A DNA stretch of 63,164 bases, filler included, from Olpidium bornovanus S191 (Eukaryota > Fungi > Olpidiomycota): the NCBI GenBank assembly GCA_017911155.1. It is 31 parts of 31 records of this genome, joined end to end, with 100 filler letters (N's around TTAATTAATTAA, not from the genome) between each part and the next. Parts side by side here need not be neighbours in the genome. Positions count along the whole stretch, not along the records: positions 35,856 to 37,365 come from JAEFCI010011409.1; positions 37,466 to 38,481 come from JAEFCI010004503.1; positions 38,582 to 40,239 come from JAEFCI010013234.1; positions 40,340 to 44,866 come from JAEFCI010002982.1; positions 44,967 to 46,090 come from JAEFCI010004854.1; positions 46,191 to 47,770 come from JAEFCI010012929.1; 25 more parts are not named here. The stretch is one strand, 5' to 3'. Below are positions 36,496-47,733 of this stretch, in pieces; position 1 is the first letter of the stretch; every line of letters begins with the position of its first letter. The notes beneath the pieces are model-generated. The model was not told where the DNA came from and did not search any database. It saw only the letters and a program-made list of their open reading frames with translations. The translations under genes and the position numbers were made by a program.

Positions 36496-37365
36496 CTACC
36501 GAGCGGAACAGCGCATTCGATTTGCGCACTTTTTCTTTTTCTTGGCATCGCCGCATTTCGGCTTCGCGGACTCTTCTTCGACGTCGCAGGATTCCGGTTT
36601 CACGAGCTCGCCTTCGACGTCGCAGGATTCCGGTTTCACGAGCTCGCCTTCGACGTCGCAGGATTCCGGTTTCACGAGCTCGCCTTCGACGTCGCAACAC
36701 TCCGGTTTCGCCAACCCAGGCTCGGTGAACTCGCGCACGGGATGGGAGCCCTCTTCTTTGGCGTGATGGCCCTCGGCTGCGCAGCATTTCGATTTCGCGT
36801 CGTCGTCGCCTTCGGCGTGTCCGCAGCATTCCGGTTTCGGTGGCTCGTCGCCGTCGTGGTTATCGTGATGGAGACCCTCGTCTACGGGGCACTTCTCGCC
36901 GGCTTCGTCATGACCGCAGCATTCCGGTTTCGGCGGCTCGTCGCCGGCGTAGTCAGCGTGGTCGTCTGCGGAACACTTCTCGCCGCCTTCGGCATGACCG
37001 CAGCACTCCGGTTTCGATGGCTCGTCGCCGGCGTAGTCAGCGTGGTCGTCTACGGAGCACTTCTCGCCGCCTTCGGCATGACCGCAGCATTCCGGTTTCG
37101 GTGGCTCGTCGCCGTCGTAATCAGCGTGGTCGTCTACGGAGCACTTCTCGCCGCCTTCGGCATGACCGCAGCATTCCGGTTTCGGTGGCTCGTCGCCGTC
37201 GTAATCAGCATGGCCGTCTACGGAGCACTTCTCGCCGCCTTCGGCATGACCGCAGCATTCCGGTTTCGGTTGCTCGTCGCCGTCGTAATCAGCGTGGTCG
37301 TCTACGGAGCAGTTCTCGCCGCCTTCGACGTGACCGCAGCATTCCGGTTTCGGTGGCTCGTCGCC
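36496..37365 (-). CDS. Cys-Cys/His/acidic tandem-repeat protein segment (5' truncated)
   Basis: The minus frame is open from the contig edge. It has about 6 x 28-aa units (DEPPKPECCGHAEGGEKCSVDDHADYDG), then about 4 x 12-aa units (KPESCDVEGELV). Confidence 0.7.
   Translation of the reverse strand, partial: GDEPPKPECCGHVEGGENCSVDDHADYDGDEQPKPECCGHAEGGEKCSVDGHADYDGDEPPKPECCGHAEGGEKCSVDDHADYDGDEPPKPECCGHAEGGEKCSVDDHADYAGDEPSKPECCGHAEGGEKCSADDHADYAGDEPPKPECCGHDEAGEKCPVDEGLHHDNHDGDEPPKPECCGHAEGDDDAKSKCCAAEGHHAKEEGSHPVREFTEPGLAKPECCDVEGELVKPESCDVEGELVKPESCDVEGELVKPESCDVEEESAKPKCGDAKKKKKCANRMRCSAR
36556..37365. repeat. Coding tandem repeats: 84-bp (about 36826-37365) and 36-bp (about 36580-36710)
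   Basis: Directly visible near-identical units, e.g. GCAGCATTCCGGTTTCGGTGGCTCGTCGCC and GGATTCCGGTTTCACGAGCTCGCCTTCGACGTCGCA. Confidence 0.95.
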
Positions 37366-38069
37366 NNNNNNNNNNNNNNNNNNNNNNNNNNNNNNNNNNN
37401 NNNNNNNNNTTAATTAATTAANNNNNNNNNNNNNNNNNNNNNNNNNNNNNNNNNNNNNNNNNNNNGGCGCAGTTCGGTTACCGGTTTTGGTAGCGAGGCG
37501 TAGTTTTTGGTCATCCTGCCCGCGTCGTGGCCGCCCGGCCACCCGGTTGTTTGTTGACGGCACTGTGCAACTAATTCGCGAGCATGTTTCCTTGTCGCAG
37601 ATAGCTCGGTCGGTCCCCGTTTACTCGCGCGTAAAAAGGGTCGCGGCTTATCCGCAACCGGGGTTACCCCGTCCTCTGAATAGACGCAATCGGGGCTGTA
37701 GCTTTTGTCAGCGGGGCGCCATAATTTTGTCCCAAATGCGGCAGGCCCGACCGGTCTTCAGCGCAACCGAAATCAGCCGCACGACTCCGAAAGATGCGCG
37801 AGAGCAACCACGAGCGACGGAGTTTATCAGACCCAGCTTCGGCACTTCACTGTACTGTACCGTGCGGCACCGCGCCGGCACCACCTTTACGAGTGTGTCG
37901 CGGAGACGAGACCACGCGCGCTGCACCTTCCGTTCGCCGAGCGAGTCCTCAACACGAACGCAAAAAGATTCCTCGATCAGACGGCGGCTTTTGATATTCA
38001 CAGGCTAGGGAACATATGCGCCTGCAAACTCTGACACGGCAGCATCACCCGTGAGACTGCCACCAAAGA

Positions 38070-38460
38070 CACTTATCCTACGTTTGCCTGCGAACTCTGC
38101 GGAAACCCGCGAAAGTCCACGAAATCTGCGAACCCCCCGCATATCCGCCTTTTTTCAGAAGACTCCGCCTCAATTTTGCAGGTTTCGGATTCCGCGGAAT
38201 CCGCGAGGGGGGGGTGGTGCGGGGAAGATCCGCAGACGGATCAGGCTCCCGGCTCCGGGGCGCCCGGGCGATGGGGGGGTTTTTTTTTCAGGGCCTCCGT
38301 TTTCCGCAAAATTCGAATCTGCGGATCCGCGCGAACCTGTCCGCGGACCCCGCGAAAACCTGCGAACCCGCGGCTGGCCGGCCCCCGCCGAATCCGCGAC
38401 ACCGCGACGGGTCCCGCGAATCCTGCGGATCCGAAAATTTCGCAAAACCCTGCAAATCCC
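38070..38460. repeat. Dense cluster of short YGCGRA motifs; possible DNA transposon terminus
   Basis: Roughly 20 CCGCGAA/CTGCGAA/CCGCGGA-type motifs start right after CACTTATCC at 38070. Confidence 0.5.
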
Positions 38461-38658
38461 CCCCCCCCCCCCCCCCCCCAANNNNNNNNNNNNNNNNNNN
38501 NNNNNNNNNNNNNNNNNNNNNNNNNTTAATTAATTAANNNNNNNNNNNNNNNNNNNNNNNNNNNNNNNNNNNNNNNNNNNNATGTGTAGCCCACGTGGCG
38601 ACATTGATCCATCTTTCAATTCTGATGGGTTTCGTGGTTGTGCTTCACGTTCGAGACG

Positions 38659-40185
38659 TTAGGTGCGAATCTCTGCAACGGCCGCAAGGCCGGTTAGCCA
38701 TGGGGCGGCCAGTTGATCCGAAATGCGTGATGGTCTTCGTGGGAGGTGGTTACTGCCGCTGCTGCGGCGGCGGGAAGCGCGGTAGGCGGCGGCGGCGGCG
38801 GTGCGGGCGTCGCCCGCGTCGTCCGCGTACATCCTCGGCGGCGCTCCCGGCCCGCCGCCGTTGAGCGCAGAAGGCGGGGCTCTCGCGGCGTCCGGTTTGC
38901 CGGCGCCGGTGTTCTTCTTCTTCTTCCCGTGCGCCGGGAGCGGCTTCGGCCCGCCCCGCTGGGCCTGCCGGACGAGGACCTGCACTTCGCGGCGGCCGGG
39001 GCGGCCTTTCTCCGTCGGGGCGGCCCACGCGTACGACGCCGTCACCACCCCGCTCTGCCGGCGCACCGGCTGCCGGCGCCCCCGCCCGCCTCCCGTTCCT
39101 CCTCGTCCTCCTTCCGGATCCTCCTCTTCTTCCCGCTCGTCCTCTTCGGCCCCCTTCTCCTCGCCGGCCGCGGCCCCGGCGGCGGCGGCGGCGGCGGCGG
39201 CGTCCTCCGCGGCGGCGATGTCGAGGGCGCCGCCGAAATTGTCGTCCCAGGGCGCGGCGTGGTCGGCGTGCCGGAAGGCGGCGGCCCTCCGGCGGCCGTC
39301 GGCGCCGGGCCCGTGCCTCCCGATCCACTCTTGCAGCGCCGCGCGGTTCCGCCGCTCGCGCTCCTCGGCCTTGCCGCGGGCGGCCTGCTCCCGCGCCAGC
39401 TCGGCGTCGCGCCGCCGCCGGACGTCCAGCGCCTTGCGCTCCGCCCACTCCCGCACGGCCCGCCCGCTCGCCGCGCGCCGCGCCGCCTCGTCCGCCCGCG
39501 CCTGCTCCTCCCGCCGCCGCGCCTCCTCCTCCTCCCGCTCCTGCCGCCGCCGCGCCTCGGCCACCGCCTTCCTCTTCGACTCCGCCCACTTCTCCAGCGC
39601 CTCGGCCGTCCTCTGCTGCCTGCGCCGGCGCCGGGCCTCTTCTTCTTCCTCCTCCTTTTCTTCTCCTCCCGCTACTTCTTCTGCTTCCTCCTCCCTCACT
39701 TCCCCGCCCCCGCCGCCCCGCGGTCCGCCCCCCGCCTCCGCTCCCGCCTCGCCGCAAAGCGATCCGCTCGAGCCGAGGCGGCGGAGGCCGCCGCCGTGGT
39801 GGCCGAGGCCGTCGGGGTCTCGGCCGCGCCGGGCCTGCCGGCGCTCCGTCTCCGGCGGCCAGGGCGTCCCCCCGCTCCCGCCGTCGTCGCCGCCGCCGTC
39901 GGCTTCCCCGGCCGGCGGCCGTTCCGCTGCCGAGGGCCGTCGGGATCCGCCCTGCGGGGGCGGCCGGTGGTGACGGTCGCCGTCGCGGGCGGTCGACGGC
40001 CTGTGCTTTCCGGCCGGAGGCGGCCGTCCGCCGCCGCCCGCCGCCGCCGCCGCCGACCCCGCCTGCTTGGCGTCGAGCTCCCGGTACATGTCGACCAGCT
40101 GCTTGAACGGGTCGCGCTCCTCGCCCGGCTCCGTCGTCGCCGGCGAGCTCCTCGGGCTCCGCCAGCCGATCGCCGCCGTCGCCAT
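38659..40185 (-). CDS. Coiled-coil protein, CCDC34/CCDC181-like
   Basis: 508-aa ORF with three spaced Trp-anchored helices (ALEKWAESKRK, AVREWAERKA, ALQEWIGRH) followed by APW, the pattern I associate with CCDC34. Confidence 0.5.
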   Translation of the reverse strand: MATAAIGWRSPRSSPATTEPGEERDPFKQLVDMYRELDAKQAGSAAAAAGGGGRPPPAGKHRPSTARDGDRHHRPPPQGGSRRPSAAERPPAGEADGGGDDGGSGGTPWPPETERRQARRGRDPDGLGHHGGGLRRLGSSGSLCGEAGAEAGGGPRGGGGGEVREEEAEEVAGGEEKEEEEEEARRRRRQQRTAEALEKWAESKRKAVAEARRRQEREEEEARRREEQARADEAARRAASGRAVREWAERKALDVRRRRDAELAREQAARGKAEERERRNRAALQEWIGRHGPGADGRRRAAAFRHADHAAPWDDNFGGALDIAAAEDAAAAAAAAGAAAGEEKGAEEDEREEEEDPEGGRGGTGGGRGRRQPVRRQSGVVTASYAWAAPTEKGRPGRREVQVLVRQAQRGGPKPLPAHGKKKKNTGAGKPDAARAPPSALNGGGPGAPPRMYADDAGDARTAAAAAYRASRRRSSGSNHLPRRPSRISDQLAAPWLTGLAAVAEIRT

Positions 40186-40419
40186 CCCTCCCGCTCCGGC
40201 TCCACCAACTCCTCCTCCCCCTTCTTCCCCGAGGGCGGCNNNNNNNNNNNNNNNNNNNNNNNNNNNNNNNNNNNNNNNNNNNNTTAATTAATTAANNNNN
40301 NNNNNNNNNNNNNNNNNNNNNNNNNNNNNNNNNNNNNNNCATGTGTCGCAAGAGGTTTATTATAACTTACGAAGCGGCCGCTTCTGTTAAGAACCCGCCG
40401 GCCCCAAAAATCAGGAAAG

Positions 40420-42287
40420 CTAAATGTTTAGTTTGACGGCAACCGGATAGTGATCGCTAATTTTGAGCACGTCCTTCTGCAACACGGGCCCCTCGCCGGT
40501 TTTGACCACAATGTCGTCAAAACGGACGGCGAAGCCCTGCCCGAACAGAGAGACTTGGTCGGCAGGTACGATGATGCGATCGTAACTGTGGACGAAGAAA
40601 AGGGTAAACCGACGCACGTCCGGCGGACTACAGGCCGAAGGACGACCGTTTCTATTTCTTTCCAGTCCCGCCGTGAAAAATGCCACTCGCCGAACTGATC
40701 TTTCGCCCACCGGACTCACGCCTCGTTGGTTCCTGCCGCGGCAGTGGTATCTACGTCGTCGCCGATGCAGACGTAATACTTCGACGCGTCCGAAAATAGC
40801 GGAATATGCTTCCTTGCCGACTTGGGAAGGTAAGCCCGGCCCGCGTTCAGATCTCCGAGGAGGACTGGACCAACCACGGCGGGACGGTTTCGGCGAGCCC
40901 TTTGGTCCGTCCGCCTCACACGCGGGGATCCGGTGCCGTTAAGTGACAACGCTTCTAACCTCACGCTTAGGGTGCCCAATTGAGACTCTTCGTCGCCTGG
41001 GCGAAGTGAGATTTCGTCGTCCCCATGAATGCATGGGCCACAACATGAAGACAGACGCCTGAACAGGCCTCGCAGCAAGGCCTTCCACCGATGCTTTGTA
41101 AACCTGTTCCTCGTGGTCTTCGCCGCCGGACGGGAAGGATCCGCGTGGTGGACGGATGGTTGGGACGGCACGGGCGGCAGTGGTCGTCGTCTAAGATCTT
41201 TCAGTGAAGGTGGCACGCCTTGGTTCGCCGCCGCCTCAAGGCGGGATTTCAGGTCATCCATTATGTTGGAAAGCACTTGCAGTTCCGCGACGGCTGCGCT
41301 GGGCTTGATATGAACCGTGACGACGACAACGTGCACTCCCACCTGCCGGTGCACGAAGTGTCCGACGAACGGATTGCGTGCCATCCTGGTTACAGAGTGC
41401 ACCGTTCCCGCCACGCCGGCCGTATTTCCACGCCGCGCTCCGCGCGGCGATCGCGGCGACTGCGGTTGGGTTTCTTCCCAGGCGCCAACCAGCTTCCAAA
41501 TGTCGTCCCGCCAAACGAACAGGTAGCGCTCTCTGTACGACGACTTCCCGCGCCCGTTCCTGCCGTCGGAACCATCTCCGCCGTATGCGTCCCCCAAGCC
41601 CTCACTCGCGGCGGCGGCAAATTTCCCGGCGGGGAGCCTCTGCACCAGCGACTGCGACAACGCGCAGGTCGGGACAAATTTCGCCGGATCGTTCCCGGCG
41701 GACGCGCCTTGCGCAGGCATCAACGGACAGTACGATCTTTCCACCACAGGCTCGGGGTGGGGCATGTACGTTGTACGGCCGGTGTCACGCCCTTCCTGGA
41801 TGCACGTGATGCTGAAGCGGGACAATATTTTGACCAACGTTTCTGCGACAGACACTTCAGATCCGTGAAGATTGCCGTCGGCATCGATAAACGTGCGGGA
41901 CTGTGACCCGGACTGCTTCGTTTTCTGGGAAAGCGGTGACCCGGGCTGCTTCTTTTTTTGGGGGGAAGGTGATCCGGGCTGCTTCTTTTTGGGGCTTCGC
42001 ATTGAAGGCGAAACGCCGGACAGCTTGGCTTTGGTGAAGTGGCGGATATTGAAACTGGCCAGCAGCAGCTGATCGTCCGGGCTTGCCAGGAAAGCGGACC
42101 CGTCTATGCTGGATGGCAGCTGGCGAAGCCCTCCTGATGGAGTTGGCAGAAACGCCGTGCCCAAGGTGGGCGAACCTGGCACGTTTTGAACCACAGGAGG
42201 CCGCGGCTGTCGGGCCGACTTCTGGGCAGTTCGCCTCGGTGAAGCAGATTCCGGACGTGCCGCACAGGACGCCGGGCTGCCCGGCAT
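40420..42287 (-). CDS. DNase I-family (EEP) nuclease, two exons, complete
   Basis: LASFNIRHF, ITCIQE, ERYLFVWR, RNPFVGHF, TVHIKP, LLGDLNA, AYDRII and ISDHYPV. Intron 40719-40586. Confidence 0.88.
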
Positions 42288-42986
42288 GGCGGAACCCTCG
42301 TTCTGATCTCGGGCGAGTCCCTCGTGATCGGAACCGCAGGACTTCGCTGCTGCCGGAGTGCCGTGGACCGCCTCGGGGAAGTAGATTCCGGACGCTCCGC
42401 ACGGGGCGCCGGCTCCTAGTATATCTGATTAAATTATTGCAAGGCTCAATACCCCGCATGGCGGAGTGCAGTCCCGCCCACCAAGTGGAACCCCGGCGCG
42501 GGGGGCACAGCTTGCTGTGAACGTGTTTTATCTCCACCGGGTCGCGGCTGCCATGCGCAATGAAAGGAAGAAAGGGACAGGGGAATAAAGGGCTAGAAAC
42601 AGGACGGAAACAGGACGGCGCGACGCCACCGCCGGGGTATGTTTCTTTTTTTTGGGGGGGGGGGGGGGGGGGGGGGGGAGTGACGAGCAGCGCTCCCGTG
42701 GACCAGCGTAATCTAACATGCGGTGACGATCCGCCCCGGAAGGGAAGGCCCAAGGCAGGCAGGCGGATGGGCCTACAGGCCAAGTCGTCTGGCGGAAATA
42801 TGCTGACCCTTCAACTGCTCAAAACGTACGTAGATTTGCGTCGATACCAGTGGATGAACGGCAAAAAGAGTCTAGACATCCCAGCTGAGTGCACCCAGCC
42901 AAACTTTATGTCTCCGTTGCAGCAGCGAGTGCCGCCCTTGCAGCGCCGCCGAGTGTTTCCCTCCTCCGCGGGGTCGCCCGGGCGTG

Positions 42987-43125
42987 CAGGGTATTGGGGT
43001 ATCGATACTTCGTATATATTTCATAAGGAGGACGCCAATTTCTAGTTTAGATATATATATATTATTAAGGAGTTTGGCTCCTTACTTTTTGAAAAAGTAC
43101 GACGTATCGATACCCCAATACCCTG
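42987..43125. mobile_element. MITE candidate (139 bp)
   Basis: Terminal inverted repeats CAGGGTATTGGGGTATCGATAC(T/G)TCGTA with 1 mismatch in 28 bp, around an AT-rich core. No target-site duplication seen. Confidence 0.6.
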
Positions 43126-43639
43126 AACCCCTCTGAAAGGGAAGTGGGGGCAGGGGGGTGTTTTTGTTTTTTTTTTGAAAGAGTAAAAATTTTCGTAGCG
43201 GGAGTTGCCATTCCGAAAATTGTTGCCTCGTCGAATCTTTTGCAGTTCGTTTCGTCAGCTGCCCTTCCGCACGCCCGGACGCTGTTTCTTGCTGGGGAAT
43301 GAAATGTGAATGAACGGGGAAGAAAAACAAGAAGAGAAAAGCAGGAAGAGAAAGAAGAGAAAACTCCCGTGCGTGTTTGCGTGCGTGTGTGTGCGGAAGC
43401 CGGCGGTCGGGAAAGGAACAGGAGAGGGCCCGCGTGTGTGTGCGCATTCATCCGCCAACAAAACAGAACGCAATAACGTGTTGTACATAGATCCGCGCCG
43501 AACCGGGACTATTTACAAACAAACCGGAAATCAGTTCGCACGGGGAAAAAATAAATAAATAAATAGATGAATAAATCGCTAAAATAAAATAAAATAAAAA
43601 ACAAGGCGGCGTGAGGAACGGGTGCCGGAGAGTAACAGA

Positions 43640-44830
43640 TCCCCGCGTTTGGGCTCCCTGCGGCTGATGGAGGTTGCGAGCGGTCGCGCGGACGGCCACC
43701 TCGGATGTCAAGCGGGCCCTCCAGACTCTACCCTCCGCGATTTGTGGCTGGCCCGCGTCGAGGAGCGAGTCGGAGGACAGCGACGGGCGATCACCTCGCT
43801 CATCGATGAGCTGCTTTCCTTTGCACGCTCGCCACCTTCCGAGTTCGTGTCCGACGCTGACAGTACTGCGGCCCAGCCACGGAGCCGGCCGGGCGCAATA
43901 CGAAAGTGTCGGCGCGGCGTGCTCGTGGTGGGGAAACCGGGGACGGGAAAGACAAGTCTTGTGAAAGCCGTCCTGGGTAAGGTGTGCAGGAACAACGCAG
44001 CCGAAAATCAAAGTTGCTGTCACGTCGAACAGGAACCGAGAGTGACGTAGCCGAGGAATTGTCAAGAACGTTTCGCCGTTTTTTCTTTTTTTTTTGGAAA
44101 CAAATTTTGAAATTTGACCATCCACTTACTATGCTTCGCGACTTTGCCGCAAACTCACAGAGACGTCAGGCTTGCCGTACGAGTTCGTCCATTCTCCCGA
44201 CATTTTCCAGACCGGTGAGACACGAAAGGCGTGCAACGTTGGACCGCGAGTTTTGTCCTGACGCTAGGTGCATATGCGTTCCAGACGCCGGATCGACCGA
44301 ATCAGAGTTGCAGGCCATCTTCGACCGCTCGCACTGCCACGCCAGAAGGAATCGCGATGCAGCTTCGGTCGTCGTACTCGACGAAATAGACGTCATTGCC
44401 GGAAAGCGAAAACGAGGAACGAGTGCGCGTAACTTGGCTAGTAGGTGTTGAACCGAGATACGCTCCGCTGTTGGTTTTTGAAAGGGGTTGTCGCGCGTAG
44501 CTGTGCGCGCCTCAAAATAGTGTATCACGGAAGGTTGCGAAAGCCATGATGTAACCGACAAACCCACCCGTAAGGCACAGAAGTTCGTGTTTTTTCTCTT
44601 CTGTTGTCCGCCCTGGACTGTTTGGAGGATAATGTCTTTGTGATCGGTAAGAGACTGTTCTGGGAATTTTTGTTTAAAGGCAGACAGTACTTGTGCTCAC
44701 GGACCTGTCAGGCATTTCTCATCGTGAGCACGCCATTAGTCCCACCGTGACGAGATCAGGCCGCCTGGATAAACGGTACGAGCTCACCGTGGCTTCCGCG
44801 CGTCAGAGGACAGCCATCCTCGAAATTTTG
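43640..44830 (+). CDS. AAA+ ATPase of the CDC48/AFG2 group (SPATA5L1-like), partial
   Basis: GVLVVGKPGTGKTSLVKAV (Walker A), VVVLDEIDVIA (Walker B), DNVFVIG, SGRLDKRYEL (arginine finger) and QRTAILEILSR. Confidence 0.85.
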
Positions 44831-45074
44831 TCACGGAGTACGTGTCCGTTATTCCCCCTCCCCGTCNNNNNNNNNNNNNNNNNNNNNNNNNNNNNNNNNN
44901 NNNNNNNNNNTTAATTAATTAANNNNNNNNNNNNNNNNNNNNNNNNNNNNNNNNNNNNNNNNNNNNCCCCCCCCCCCGGCCCCCCGGCCCCCCCCCCCCC
45001 GGGGGGGGGGGGGGGGGGGGGGGGGCCCCCCCCCCCGCGCGGGGGGGGGCCCCCCCCCCCCCCCCCCCCCCCCC

Positions 45075-46090
45075 GCCGCCTGCGCGGCGGAGTCGCTGGC
45101 GCCGCTGCTGCAGGACGTCAGGGACGCCTGCGCCGGCGCGGCCGACGGCGACGACCCCGTCCTCCGCCGGCTGGCCGAGGCCGCCCCTGCGGTCGTCGGC
45201 AACGGCAGCCTGGTCGACGCCGCCCGCGGCCGGTTAGACGCCAGGCGCCTGGACTGCGCCCGCGACAGGCTGACCGGGGACTACTGCGTCGGCGGGTTCG
45301 AGGTCGTCCGCCGTCGCACGCTCTTTTTCGCCCCGAGAACGCCGGACGCGTTGGCGCACTTGGCCGCGACGTTCCGCAGAGGCGAAGTCTGCAACGAATG
45401 CAACAAGGCACGTTTTTCGCCTTCCCCCCTCTGGCACCTGAATCCCTTCTTTCGCAGGGAGGGGCCGAAAAAAAACGCCGCCCGCCCAGAGCCCGCCTGA
45501 CGCAGAAGAAGCGCAAACCCTCCCCCCTTCTTCCCGGCCGCGGTGAACCCTTTTCTGCAGTGGAGCTTTGGCTACAGGTCGGCCCGGAGCAACGAAAGCG
45601 CCGACGGCGCCTTCGCCGCAAGCGCAGTGCAGGCCTACTGCGGTTGGGAGGCGCCGCTGCCGTCGAGCGACGCCGACCGGCCGCACGCCACGGAATGCGA
45701 TCTGGCGATCGACGAGTTCGACAACGACCCCACGGTCAGGAAGTGCCTGGTGAGGGACACGGGCGACGTCTGGGACCGCGAGACGGGCCTCCCCGTCGAC
45801 GGCCCGGCGGAGCTCCACCGGGCCCTCACGCGCCGGACGGACCTGGCCTGCAGCCGCGACCGCGCAGCGTGCCCGGACGCGTACGTGCGCTTGCGGCTGC
45901 TGGGCCTCAAAAGGAAGTGCGCGGGGGAGTCCCCCGACGCCGTCGCCCCCCGGCGCAGGAGCGTCGTCGCCATGCTCCGGAGCGCCCCGGCCTCCCGGAT
46001 CCTCGAGGTCGCCCGCGACGTCGCCGCCGGAGACTGTTGGGCCGACCCCGGCAGCGGGCAAGTGTGCTTCGCCGACCGTGCCTACGTCCG
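45075..46090 (+). CDS. Cys-rich hypothetical protein (partial, at least 2 exons)
   Basis: Open frames with high GC3 and spaced cysteines (LDCARDRLTGDYC; QAYCGW; TECDL; KCLVRD; LACSRDRAAC). There is a GC/GT...CAG intron-like gap at about 45410-45560. Confidence 0.5.
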
Positions 46091-47575
46091 NNNNNNNNNN
46101 NNNNNNNNNNNNNNNNNNNNNNNNNNNNNNNNNNTTAATTAATTAANNNNNNNNNNNNNNNNNNNNNNNNNNNNNNNNNNNNNNNNNNNNGCATGCGACG
46201 CGTCTCTGCAAGATAACCGTCTCAAGCTGACGTGTCATCTTTAGCTCCGCCGTAGAGATCAATTTCTCCTCAGTTCTAGGCGCGACGTCTGCAGTAATGC
46301 CCGTGATCCGACACTCTGCTCAATGCCCGATTGAAAAACTATGTTACCACAACGCGTTCTCCACCAAGCGCGGAATGCAAGCGACTTCGGACGATGCCGC
46401 CCTCGCAAAACCAAACATCGCGAGGGAGAAACGCCTCACGACACGACCGGAATTGCGTGCAGGCAGGACTTTGCGCGCCAAGAAGGGAACTCAGGCCCAG
46501 TCCGCGCAAGCGCGCATTGGAAAAGCCTCGACAATTTGGAGAATCGTCGTTCCGTGGAAAATGGCGCACGCGGTTGATGTCGCGCACTTACCAAACAGCA
46601 ATAGACTGGCAATGAGTTAATTCCCGGAGGGGGACAGATCGTGGGCATTTGATTGATGCCACGGCGGCTGTGCCCTGATTCTCCGCTGACAAGGGAAACC
46701 CATCCATGGCTGACGTCCACGCTGGGAAAACAGCAACATGGTTGGGGGGGGGGGATGACGGGCCGATGGTTGCCTGCTCAAAAAGAAGATCAGCAGAAAA
46801 CGAAAGGCGGACGCAGTCGTGCGGGGGCCGGCCAAGTTGGCCCTCCCTGGGAGTGGGTGAGGCTGGAAGCCCTCTATCGCCCCAGAGGACATAATCTCTC
46901 CTTCAATTCCGACAGGTCGAGGTGCCTCGACCCTTCTACGCGAGGCAGGGAAACAAAAGCTGCCGCGCTGTGCGTTTGCTGCGTAAAGCCCCTGGGAGGT
47001 GCAGAGGGAGAGGGCGTCTACCGTTAGTGTGCCGTACATACGCAGGCGCCCTTAGGCTGACCCCCTCCCCCCACCCCCTGCAGCTCAAATGAGTCGCGCG
47101 ACTTGCTCTGCGGGAGGACATAGCGTGCGGGGAACATAAAGCGCCCTGATTGATTGGTTGATTTGGTTGCTCGATTGGTAGTTGGGGGCCCCGTTTGGTG
47201 AAATTCCGCTCCGCAATTTTCCACCCAATTCCCACCCAATCCCCACCGCCATACGGTTTCCTTTCGGGGGGTCACTTGTTATACAGGGTTGACGCAAGAC
47301 GTGACACCACTGCGCCCGGCAGTCCGGGGCCACGCGGGGGAACAGACCCTTGGGCTGCTCAGCAACACGCGCCGAAAGTCGCGGGCAGGAGGGGCGCGGC
47401 CCGTTGTTGTTTCTTTGCCACAGCCAAAGAAGGGCTGAGGGGGCTAAAATCCGCCTGAAAAGGCCTTTTTAGAAGAAACCCCACTTCGGTTGTTCGCTCA
47501 GCTGAGCGCAATTCCGAAGAGCTTCGCGCTGGTGGGGGAAAGCAGGCCCAGCGAGCGTTCTGCTAAATAACCCGG

Positions 47576-47612
<37 letters not shown>

Positions 47613-47695
47613 GGGAAAAAAGCTTTTCGTGGGGGTGGACTTCCCCCGCCCGCGACACAACCCGGCCCGCCCGGCCCCCCCCCCAAAATTCCCCT

Positions 47696-47733
<38 letters not shown>

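Noticed and set aside
36742-37421. Plus-strand multi-pass membrane repeat protein (FRFRWLVAVV...)
   Set aside because: It is the antisense reading of the repeat. The minus frame extends beyond the array into related shorter repeats and is the more parsimonious gene.
37466-38030. Degenerate LINE ORF2 linker (AWSRLRDTL...)
   Set aside because: Only a vague Trp-helix resemblance, multiple stops, and no EN or RT motif.
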